Both the position numbers and the translations under genes were made by a program. 64,000 bases of DNA from Bacilli bacterium (GTDB lineage Bacteria > Bacillota_I > Bacilli_A > RF39 > UBA660): NCBI GenBank assembly GCA_017528315.1, contig JAFXOW010000005.1, positions 1,986 to 65,985 on the forward strand. The letters are read 5' to 3'. The first letter of the stretch is position 1, and each line of letters begins with the position of its first letter. Shown here in pieces: positions 32,166-41,700 of this stretch. The notes beneath the pieces are model-generated. The model worked only from the letters and a program-made list of their open reading frames with translations, was not told where the DNA came from and did not search any database.

Positions 32166-32229
32166 TTTTGATACATAATTTGCAATTTTTAGTAAAATAT
32201 GATATAATATGACACGTAAAAGGGTGGTT

Positions 32230-32676
32230 ATGGTGAAATTAAGAACATATTTAATATGTCGTATTATCTTTACATTTTTATTTCTAATTATATCAACAAC
32301 CGTTTGGTTTAATAGAAAAGTTGCGGTATATCACGAAGTAGAATCCAAAATAGAAAGTAATGATGTAATAGTTTCAAACTTAAGAAGATTAAGTGAAAAT
32401 GATGATAAGATTTATAACTTGAAAATAAACAATAATGAAAATGATAAACAAGATATAAAAGTTTATATAGTACCGAATGCTTTAAGTGAAAGTGCTCCCA
32501 ATAACTATATTAAATATCAAGTAAATGATGGAAACATTAAAACACTTAATATGGATGGTATGATAATAGTTGATACTATTGATAGTCATGAATCTATGGA
32601 TATAAACTTAAAATTATGGCTAAGTGATACTTATGAAGGAAATCTTAATTATGATGGAAGAGTTATCGTTCTATAA
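32230..32676 (+). CDS. Hypothetical membrane-anchored protein
   Basis: N-terminal TM helix followed by a soluble beta-rich domain; TATAAT upstream. Confidence 0.6.
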   Translation: MVKLRTYLICRIIFTFLFLIISTTVWFNRKVAVYHEVESKIESNDVIVSNLRRLSENDDKIYNLKINNNENDKQDIKVYIVPNALSESAPNNYIKYQVNDGNIKTLNMDGMIIVDTIDSHESMDINLKLWLSDTYEGNLNYDGRVIVL

Positions 32677-32756
32677 CTCTTTTTTTGTTGTTATCTTTAT
32701 ATTTTAATGTTATAATTAATTTGTAATACAAAATAAAAGAAGGGAATTATTAGATA

Positions 32757-33818
32757 GTGAAGAAAAAGATAGATAATTATATAATATTAATACCTGCTTA
32801 TAATCCTAGTTCTAAATTATTAGAATTAGTTAATGATTTAAAAAAATATAATTTTAAAATATTAATTATAAATGATGGTAGTATTGAATCAAAAAAAATA
32901 TTTAAAGAATTAAAAAATAATTCTTCTTGTACTATCTTAGAATATGAAGAAAATATGGGAAAAGGCTATGCTTTAAAATATGGATTTAAATACTATTTAG
33001 ATAATTTAGTGAATGATTATCAAGGAATTATTACAACTGATGCTGATTATCAACATTTACCAAAAGATATTTATAAAATAAGAGAAGTTATGAATGATGA
33101 TACAATTATTTTAGGTAGTCGAGATTTTTATAAAAAAGAAGTACCTTTTCCTAATAGATTAGGTAATAGAATAACTAGTACAGTTTTTAAATTATTATAT
33201 GGAAGAAAAATATTTGATACTCAAACAGGACTTCGAGGAATACCAAATAAATATTTAGATATCTGTTTAGAAATACCAGGTAATCGATTTGAATATGAAA
33301 TGGAACAATTAATATATTTTACTAATCATAATATAAATATTAAAGAAATTCCTATTGAAACAATTTATTATACTAAATCAGAATCTAAATTTAAAAAAGG
33401 AATAGATTCTATGAAAATATATAAAGTTATATTAAAAGAATCATTTCGTTTTTTAGTAACTAGTTTATTATCAGCATTTTTGGATATTATATTATTTACT
33501 ATATTTATATATACATTTCAAAGTCTTGGAGATATATCAATTTTTGTTGCTACTTTTATGGCGAGAATTATAGCAGATTTTTTAAATTTTAATTTAACTA
33601 AATATTTTGTTTTTGATTCTAATGAAGATTTTAAGAAGATATTATCTAAGTATTATATCCTAAGCTTTGGTAAGATGGCAATGTCAGCAATTTTAGTTTT
33701 CTTAATAAATAAATTAATTCCCTTTAATAAAACTTTTATCAAAGTAATAGTAGATACTTTAATATATTTTTTAAGTTATAGGATTCAAAAGAAGTATATT
33801 TTTAAAACAATTGAATAA
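32757..33818 (+). CDS. GT2-GtrA fusion protein
   Basis: IPAYNP, GKGYALK, DADYQH, DTQTGLRG, then a 4-TM GtrA domain (FNFNLTKYFVF). Confidence 0.85.
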   Translation: MKKKIDNYIILIPAYNPSSKLLELVNDLKKYNFKILIINDGSIESKKIFKELKNNSSCTILEYEENMGKGYALKYGFKYYLDNLVNDYQGIITTDADYQHLPKDIYKIREVMNDDTIILGSRDFYKKEVPFPNRLGNRITSTVFKLLYGRKIFDTQTGLRGIPNKYLDICLEIPGNRFEYEMEQLIYFTNHNINIKEIPIETIYYTKSESKFKKGIDSMKIYKVILKESFRFLVTSLLSAFLDIILFTIFIYTFQSLGDISIFVATFMARIIADFLNFNLTKYFVFDSNEDFKKILSKYYILSFGKMAMSAILVFLINKLIPFNKTFIKVIVDTLIYFLSYRIQKKYIFKTIE

Positions 33819-33841
33819 AAAAAATCATTCTTTTCATTATA
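33812..33841 (+). promoter_or_regulatory. sigmaG/sigmaF-type promoter upstream of sigG
   Basis: TGAATA (33812-33817), 17 nt, CATTATA (33835-33841); fits the B. subtilis sigmaG consensus. Confidence 0.62.
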
Positions 33842-33861
33842 AATGAGGAGAGTGATTTTAT

Positions 33862-34647
33862 TTGGCTAAAAATAAAGTAGAACTTACAGGAGTAAATACA
33901 AATGATATAAAAGTTTTAAGTAGTGAAGAAACTAACAAACTTTTTCAAATATTAAAAACAGGTAATGAAAAAGGCCAAAAAGAAGCTAAAGAAAAACTTA
34001 TATATGGTAATTTAAAACTTGTTTTAAGTATATTAAAAAAATATACGAGTAAAACTGATAATTTAGATGATTTATTTCAAATAGGTGTAATTGGACTTAT
34101 TAAAGCAATAGATAACTTTAACATTGATTTAGGACTTAAACTTTCAACATATGCAATTCCTATGATAAGTGGTGAAATTAGAAGATATTTAAGAGATAAT
34201 CAGATGTTAAGAGTAAGTCGTAGTATGAAAGATTTGGCTTATAAGGCTATTATGAAGCGTGATGAATTAACTATTAAATTAGGATATGTTCCAAGTTACA
34301 GTATGGTTGCTTCTTCTCTTGGAGTAAGTGAGGTCGATGTTATAACTAGCATTGAAGCAATGTCAGATCCTGTTAGTATCTATGAACCAATTTATAATGA
34401 TGGAGGAGATACTATATATTTATATGAGCAACTAGAAGACAAAAGAAATGAAAAAGATTTAGAAACAAAGCTTGCTTTAAAAAAAGCAATTTTAGATTTA
34501 TCCAAAAGAGAACAAAATATTTTAGATATGAGATATGTAATAGGTAAAACCCAAATGGAAATAGCTGAAGAGTTAGGAATTAGTCAAGCTCAAGTATCTC
34601 GTCTGGAAAAAAATGCTATTAAAACACTTAAGAAAACATTAAAATAA
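33862..34647 (+). CDS. sigG: Forespore sigma factor SigG
   Basis: KNKVELTGVNT, GEIRRYLRDN..RVSRS, DPVSIYEPIYNDGGD, GKTQMEIAEELGISQAQVSRLEK closely match B. subtilis SigG from memory. TTG start. Confidence 0.92.
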   Translation: MAKNKVELTGVNTNDIKVLSSEETNKLFQILKTGNEKGQKEAKEKLIYGNLKLVLSILKKYTSKTDNLDDLFQIGVIGLIKAIDNFNIDLGLKLSTYAIPMISGEIRRYLRDNQMLRVSRSMKDLAYKAIMKRDELTIKLGYVPSYSMVASSLGVSEVDVITSIEAMSDPVSIYEPIYNDGGDTIYLYEQLEDKRNEKDLETKLALKKAILDLSKREQNILDMRYVIGKTQMEIAEELGISQAQVSRLEKNAIKTLKKTLK

Positions 34648-34677
34648 ATATTTTTATGTTATAATTAATTCAAAGGA

Positions 34678-35685
34678 GTGCTTATGATATACCCAAATGA
34701 TTTAAAAATAAGTGATTTAATTGGAGTAACAGCAACAAGTTCAGGTTTAATAGATGAATTTGATAGAGAAAGATTAAAAAAAACTAAAGAAAATTTAGAA
34801 AAACTTGGATATAAAACTATTGAAACACCCAATGTTTTTACCAATAATAAATTTGTTAGTAGTAGTGGTCAAGATAGAGTTCAAGAATTTATGAAACTTT
34901 GGAAAAATGACGATATAAAAGCTATTGCTCAACTTCGAGGAGGAGAACTTTTACTTGAAATGTTACCATATTTAGATGATGATATAATTCCAAATAATTC
35001 TAAATGGATATTTGGTTATAGTGATTCTAGTCTTTTAAACTTTTATCTAACAACTAAATATCATATTGCAACTATTAATTCCGGTAATGTTTTAGAATTT
35101 GCTATGGATAAAATTCATGAATCTTTATTTTCTATACTTAAATGTATGAGTGAAAAAGCAATTATTCAAGAAAACTTTAAATTATATGAAGGAAAGAAAC
35201 ATCGGCATGAAATTAACTATAGCTTAGATACTAAGGTAAAATATAAAAGCTTATATAATAATAAAGAAATTATTATCAAAGGAAGAATGATTGGAGGATG
35301 CTTAGAAGCAATTATTGAGATACTAGGAACTAAATATGATTATGTATCTGATTTTTGTAATAGTTTTAAAGAAGGAATGTTTTGGTATTTAGATATCTAT
35401 GATTCTAATCCTCTAGATTTATATAGAAAACTTTGGCAAATGAAAGAAGCTTTTTGGTTTAATAATATAAATGGTATTATAATTGGTAGAACGAGAAGTA
35501 TAAAAAAAATAGAAGATTTTACTTATTTAGATGCTCTTCATAAAATATTTGATGATATGAATATTCCAGTTATAATAGATGTTGATATTGGTCATGTAAA
35601 ACCACAGTTTAGTATAATTAATGGAAGTTTTGGAACATTTACTTATAAAAATGGTAAAGGAACATTAAAACAAGAAAAGATATAA
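34678..35685 (+). CDS. S66 family LD-carboxypeptidase (MccF-like)
   Basis: LRGGE, GYSDSS, GGCLE, GIIIGR, DIGHVKP. Confidence 0.87.
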   Translation: MLMIYPNDLKISDLIGVTATSSGLIDEFDRERLKKTKENLEKLGYKTIETPNVFTNNKFVSSSGQDRVQEFMKLWKNDDIKAIAQLRGGELLLEMLPYLDDDIIPNNSKWIFGYSDSSLLNFYLTTKYHIATINSGNVLEFAMDKIHESLFSILKCMSEKAIIQENFKLYEGKKHRHEINYSLDTKVKYKSLYNNKEIIIKGRMIGGCLEAIIEILGTKYDYVSDFCNSFKEGMFWYLDIYDSNPLDLYRKLWQMKEAFWFNNINGIIIGRTRSIKKIEDFTYLDALHKIFDDMNIPVIIDVDIGHVKPQFSIINGSFGTFTYKNGKGTLKQEKI

Positions 35686-35876
35686 TTTTAGGAATAAAAA
35701 TTAAATAAATACATATTATATTAATGAATATAAATATTATTAGATTATTTATATTCAAAAATGCGAGAGTATTATTTTTCTACTCTCCTTTACTTTATTT
35801 AAAAAATACTGATAATTATTTTTGTCGGTATTTTTTTTAAAATATAGTCAAATTTTGTCTATCGATAATAATTTAA

Positions 35877-35905
35877 TTGACTTAAAAATATAATGATGTT
35901 ATTCT
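35877..35905 (+). promoter_or_regulatory. sigmaA-type promoter for the phosphoesterase pair
   Basis: TTGACT (35877-35882), 17 nt, TATTCT with a TGn extension. Confidence 0.55.
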
Positions 35906-36004
35906 TTTAATAGAGAATAGAGAGTGATAATGTGGCTAGTCAATTATTATTAAATTTTTTAATTAATTTTGAGGGAGTATTGTCCTCTTTTTTTTGGAGG
36001 GATT

Positions 36005-37000
36005 ATGGAAAAAATTGAAGAATTAGAAAAATTAAAAAAGTTAACAGAAAATGAAATAAGTTTAACAGAAGTAGCTAAAATTTTAGAAAAAAATAGTTAT
36101 CAAATACTTGGACTTTTACATGAATTAAGACTTCAAGGAATAAATATTGTTATTCAAAGAAGAGATGATGATATATACATGTATAATCATGGAGAAAGGG
36201 AATTAGAAAATAATAATAAATTTAATTTTTATACCAATGAATTTAATGAATTTAAATTTGTTGTAATTGCAGATACTAGAATCGGATCTAAACATCAACA
36301 ATTATCTATTTTAAATGATATTTATCAAAAAGCTTATGATATGGGATATATGAATGTATTTTTAGTTGGAAATATCTCAGAAGGACTTTATCCTTTAACC
36401 AATGTATATTCAGAAGATAATTTTTTAGATGATACTTTAGAACAGGTTGATTATATAGTTCAAAATTATCCTTTAGTAGAAGGAATGAAAACTTACTTTA
36501 TTACAGGACTTAAAGATGAAAAACATTTAAGAAATAATAAAATTAATTTAGGTAAAAGAATAAGTGATGCTAGATGCGATATGATATATTTAGGACATAA
36601 TTCTTGTAATGTTTTAATTGATAAAGTTAATGTATTACTTATTTCTACTCCTTTAAGTAAAACTTATACAGTGTCTTATAGACCAGAACAACAAATAAAT
36701 TCTTTTCGAAGTGAAGATAAACCCAATATTATGTTATTTGGTGGAGCTTTGCAACTTGAAAAATTTACTTATCGAAATGTTGCTTGTTTATCAATTCCTA
36801 GTGTCTGTGCTACTACACGTGAAATGAATGATAAAAGGTATTCTAATACGATTGGAGCTTGGTATGTAAGTTTAAAAACCGATAAATATGGTAATTTATT
36901 ATCACTAAATGCCATGGACTCTGTTTATTATCGTACAAATCCCGATGATTATATTAAAAGAAAAGTACTAAAGATTGGAGGGATTAATAATGGAAAGTAA
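36005..37000 (+). CDS. Degenerate calcineurin-like metallophosphoesterase with an N-terminal HTH-like domain (predicted pseudoenzyme)
   Basis: Aligns by eye with the next gene, but the metal ligands are lost: DTR, GNISEG, GLKDE, IST, GGALQ. Confidence 0.72.
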   Translation: MEKIEELEKLKKLTENEISLTEVAKILEKNSYQILGLLHELRLQGINIVIQRRDDDIYMYNHGERELENNNKFNFYTNEFNEFKFVVIADTRIGSKHQQLSILNDIYQKAYDMGYMNVFLVGNISEGLYPLTNVYSEDNFLDDTLEQVDYIVQNYPLVEGMKTYFITGLKDEKHLRNNKINLGKRISDARCDMIYLGHNSCNVLIDKVNVLLISTPLSKTYTVSYRPEQQINSFRSEDKPNIMLFGGALQLEKFTYRNVACLSIPSVCATTREMNDKRYSNTIGAWYVSLKTDKYGNLLSLNAMDSVYYRTNPDDYIKRKVLKIGGINNGK

Positions 37001-37997
37001 TAAAGATAATGTTAAAATGGATCAAATAGATAGATTTTATCGTTATATTAAAAATGGTATGAATGTTGAAGATTTTATGCAAAAATTTCATTTAAGTTAT
37101 AATGAATTAACAGGAATATTAGAATTATTTAGAATATATGGGCGAGTTGTTGATATAATAAAAAAAGAAGATGCACTTATTTTTGATAAGCCTATTACGA
37201 AAACAACATCAACTAAAAAGCCTGATATTGACTTTAAAAATTTAATTCACACGGAAATAGGAGTAGTATCTGATACTCATTTTGGAAATATCCATCAACA
37301 GATGCATTTATTAAATGATTTTTATAGAGAATGTTATAATCGTGGTATTACTATTATACTTCATTGTGGTGATTTAACTGACGGAAATTATTTAAATCGT
37401 CCGGAACAACCTCGTCAACAATTTTTACATGGTTTTGATGAACAAGTTGGCTATGTTGTTGATATGTATCCTGAAGTATCGGGTATTACTACGAAATATA
37501 TTTTAGGAAGTCATGACGAAACTCATTATAAAAATGGTCAAGCAACTGTAAGTAAATGGGTTTCAATGTGTCGAAGTGATATGGAATTTTTAGGCCAAGA
37601 TTTTGCTTCAATTAATATTAATGGAGTAAAAATATTTATGGATCATCCAGGAGGTGGAAGTGCCGCGTCAATTTCTTATAAACCTCAAAAAAGAATTGAA
37701 ATTTTAGAATCTAATTATAAACCTCAAATTCTCTTAATTGGTCATTATCATAAAAGTTATGCTTTTGTATATCGTAATGTTCATGGAATACAAGTTCCAT
37801 CCTTTTGCGATAAAACCCAATTTCAACAAAAACAAGGATTACTTAATGTTGTAGGTGCTTATATTTTAAATATATATTCTGATAAAAATGGGAATATTGA
37901 GTATTTTGAACCTGAAGAAATACTTTATGGTGAAAAAGATATGTGGGATGAAGGATTTAAAGATAAAAATAAAGTTAAAAAATTAGTAATTAGATAA
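36990..37997 (+). CDS. Calcineurin-like metallophosphoesterase with an N-terminal HTH-like domain (intact motifs)
   Basis: SDTHFG, CGDLTDG, GSHDE, MDH, GHYH. Confidence 0.85.
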   Translation: MESNKDNVKMDQIDRFYRYIKNGMNVEDFMQKFHLSYNELTGILELFRIYGRVVDIIKKEDALIFDKPITKTTSTKKPDIDFKNLIHTEIGVVSDTHFGNIHQQMHLLNDFYRECYNRGITIILHCGDLTDGNYLNRPEQPRQQFLHGFDEQVGYVVDMYPEVSGITTKYILGSHDETHYKNGQATVSKWVSMCRSDMEFLGQDFASININGVKIFMDHPGGGSAASISYKPQKRIEILESNYKPQILLIGHYHKSYAFVYRNVHGIQVPSFCDKTQFQQKQGLLNVVGAYILNIYSDKNGNIEYFEPEEILYGEKDMWDEGFKDKNKVKKLVIR

Positions 37998-38073
37998 TAA
38001 AAATGCTTGAAATAAATAGTTAATTTTGATAGAATAGTTTTGTTCTTAATTTAAGAAAACTATTTTATTTTTT

Positions 38074-38149
38074 GGCCTGTTGGTGAAGTGGTTAACACAT
38101 AGCCCTCTCAAGGCTACATTCATGGGTTCAAGTCCCATACAGGTCACCA
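38074..38149 (+). tRNA. tRNA-Glu(CTC)
   Basis: Acceptor stem GGCCTGT/ACAGGTC, anticodon arm TAGCC-CTCTCAA-GGCTA, T loop GGTTCAAGTCC, encoded CCA. Promoter TTGAAA-17-TAGAAT at 38007-38035. Confidence 0.95.
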
Positions 38150-38258
38150 ATTTTGAATTTAATCGAATTTTTACCTAAAGTTCGATTTTAGTATATATTA
38201 TTATATTTAGTATCAAAAATATTTTGACTTTTATGTATACTTATGATATTATGTATTT

Positions 38259-38373
38259 GTTGAGAGGAATCTCATATAATAAAAAAGGGGAAATACTTAA
38301 CTTGCCTTGTTGAGTACTTACCCTATAAAATAGTGTTAGTACTTAATCTAATGCAGATTGAGTACTATTTTTT
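38259..38373 (+). ncRNA. Candidate cis-antisense sRNA (type I antitoxin), locus 1; ends approximate
   Basis: TTGACT(38224-38229)-17-TATTAT promoter, no ORF, strong terminator TAGTACTTAATCT/AGATTGAGTACTA plus T run at 38337-38373. Overlaps the 3' end of a minus-strand peptide gene. Confidence 0.62.
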
Positions 38374-38452
38374 ATTATTTGAATCAATTGAGAAACAATT
38401 AATAAAATGATTATTAATATTAGAAATAAGATTAGTAAATTTTTTTCTTCAT
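38343..38452 (-). pseudogene. Small hydrophobic peptide gene (candidate type I toxin, 36 aa) interrupted by a one-base frameshift in an A7 run
   Basis: Promoter TTGTAT-18-TGcTATAAT, SD AAGGAGG, ATG at 38452. With A8 it reads MKKKNLLILFLILIIILLIVSQLIQIIKNSTQSALD*; as sequenced it reads MKKKIY*. Confidence 0.6.
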
Positions 38453-38714
38453 AATATCAAGCCTCCTTCCTTTTAGAAGTCGGCAAGTACTCAACAGTCA
38501 GTATTTCCTGTAATCATTATAGCACATATTAAAATTATAATACAATACATTTTTGTCATTTTATAAAAATGTTTTTTTTATAATTATCATAAAAAATAAT
38601 GAATTATTTTATTGAATTTTTATTTTTTTACATTTTATTTACACAATACATAATTTGACATTTTACTTATTTATTATTCTTTGATATACTTATTATAAGA
38701 ATAGAGGTGGTAAA

Positions 38715-41700
38715 ATGAAAAAATATATAATAATTATTAATATATTATTCTTTTTATGCATCTTAAATACTAAGGCTTTAACTTATAACGAAATAAAGGG
38801 AAGAAGTGAATGTAATAATTTTGAAGTAGCTGAAGCTATGAGTGATAAAAGTTTAAAACATTATGAATGTTTTGATAATTATGATTATGCAAAAAGTTAT
38901 ATGAATAATAATAGCAATGAAAATTTAGTAATACTTGAAAGAAGTAATAATTTAACTAGAATAATAGATGCTAAACTTGCTCTTGTTTATATGGATATTG
39001 GAGAAGAACTAACTTATTATTATAAAAATAGTAATTTAACGGGTTATATAACTTATATGAATCATCAAGGAACTTATGGTGCAACTGATGGAGTATTTTT
39101 AGAATTAAATTATTCAAATCATGCAATAAAAATGAAAACTAATGGAGTAGTTGGATGGACTAGAGACGGTAATTATAAAATAATACCTCTTAATTTTGTA
39201 GGAACAACTAGTTACTATCAAGTAACTAATGATGAATTATTACATTATTATTCTAAGGATATACAGACTTCTTACTCAAGTTATGGAAGAGCTATTGATA
39301 AAAAACCAAATAGTCTAAATACTGGTAAATATTATAGTTATGATGGTAATTATTTTTATAATAATTTAAGAAGCTTAATGATCGATTATAAAAATGGAAA
39401 CTATAATAACAGTGTTAATCGTGATAATCCCTATTATAATTACTATATGTATCTACCTCATCGAGGAAGAAGTAATTATACAGCTGATGATATAGATGCC
39501 TATCTAAAGAATACTAAAAATTTAATTGGTACTATTTATGGAAAACAATATGTTTATAGATATTCCAATATGTATGGAACAGGAATTTTCTTTAAGTCTA
39601 GTGAAACTTTATATGGAGGAAATGCTATCTTAATGATGTCACTTGCAACTAATGAAAGTGCTTTAGGACAGAGTAGAATAGCTATTGACAAAAATAATTT
39701 ATTTGGACATGCAGCCTATGATTCAAGTGCTTACTCATCAGCAACCGGATATCTAAATCCTTATCAAAGTATAATTGGTCATGCTAAAAGTTATATTAAT
39801 TGTGGTTATGCTAATCCAAATGATTCAAGATATTATGGATCTAATATGGGTAATAAAAGTAGTGGCATGAATATTATGTATGCAAGTGATCCAGTTTGGG
39901 GAGAAAAAGCAGCTAATTATTATTACTTATTTGATAAAGATAATGGTTATTTAGATTATAATTATTATCAATTAGGAATTACTACTGTTGATAGTGTTAA
40001 TGTCAGAACAGAACCAAATCTTACAAGTAGTATTCCCTTTAATTTAAAACATGAGCGAGTTCCCGTTATAATTCTTGGAGAAGTAAATGGTACTAGTGTA
40101 AATGGTAGTACTAAATGGTATAAAATAGTAAGTGATGCTAATCTAACAGTTGATAGAACTAGTATTCAGAGTTGTAGTTATACGAATTACTATAATTATA
40201 ATTCTTATGTTTATGTTCATTCATCATTTATCAAAAAAATTAATACTTCTTCAAATGGTAAATACAATGATATAAATACTTTAAATGATAAAAATATTAA
40301 ATATCAAGAATATTCAAGTGGAGCATCTTATACTCCGAAAATTGGAAAAATTAAAAATGATACCTATGTCTATGATACAGCAACCATGAGTGTTAAAACT
40401 GGAAGTATAGCTAAAACTTCCACAATGGTTCCTGTTTTCATGGAAGCGTCAATCAATGGAAAAGTAGTAGCTTATTTAATTGAAACAGATTTTAGTAAAA
40501 ATCAAAAAGGTTGGATAGATGCATCGAGTTTAGAATTTATAACAAAAGATTTACTAAAAGTAAATGTTACAGCTAATGGTGATTATTTAAATGTTTTTAA
40601 TACTCCAGGTGGAAGTGTACTTGAAAGTATATATGATGGAACTTTTGCAGTTATTTTAGATAAAACAACTTATAATAATGAACTATGGTTAAAAATTAAT
40701 TATAATTTAAATAATGGAACTGCTTGGATAAATACTAATATTTCAAGTAGTAAAGGAAGTCTTGAATATACCTTAAATAATATTGGAAATAGTAAACCTG
40801 AAATAATTATTGAAGACTTAATGATGTTTAAAGGAGGAGAGATAAATCCTTTAGATCATGTAAGAGCTATTGATAATGAAGATGGAGATATTACTAATAA
40901 AGTTAAAATAACTAAAAATACTATTAATACAGACGTAATAGGTGAATATGAAGTTACTTTCCAAGTAACAGATTCAAATAATCAAACTGTAACTAAAACT
41001 ATTAAAGTTTATGTATTAGATTTTAAAGAAGGAGAACCACTTTTCTATTTTGAATCTTTAAAACATATAAGTGATACTAAATTTGAAGTTAAAGGATTTT
41101 TAGGTGTTAAAGGAATGGATAATACTACGATGAGTCATCAACTTGCTTTTGTAAACGAAGATGATGAAAATAAAGTATATTTATTTGATTTAGATGAAAA
41201 CTCAAATCCTCCATTTAAAATGTCAAGTTTAGATGATGATAAATCATATAATTATCAAGGTGGTTGGTTTAAAGGAGAAATAGATTTATCAAAAGCTAAT
41301 ATTCCTGAAGGAAATTATTATATTGCTGTATTTGCATATAACTATGAAACAGGTTATTATACAGTTGACTATTATACTAACATTGCATATCTTGATATGC
41401 CAAGAAGAATAAATGCAAGTAGTCGTGGGATATCCTTTGATATTGATTATGGATTACCAGATAGTCCAATGCTTGTTACTATAAGAAATAATGGACTACT
41501 TAGTTATGAAACACCAACATCTTTTGATCCAACTTATAATTTCTTTAATGAATTAAAGATTACTAATAATACTTTAAGTATTACAGGAACAAGTCATAGT
41601 GCTTATGTTTCATATTCTAAAACTGATGATGTAAAAAGAGAAATAGTTTTTGAAAATATTACTACTTATGAAAGATTTAATTATACTTTATCTTATATTG

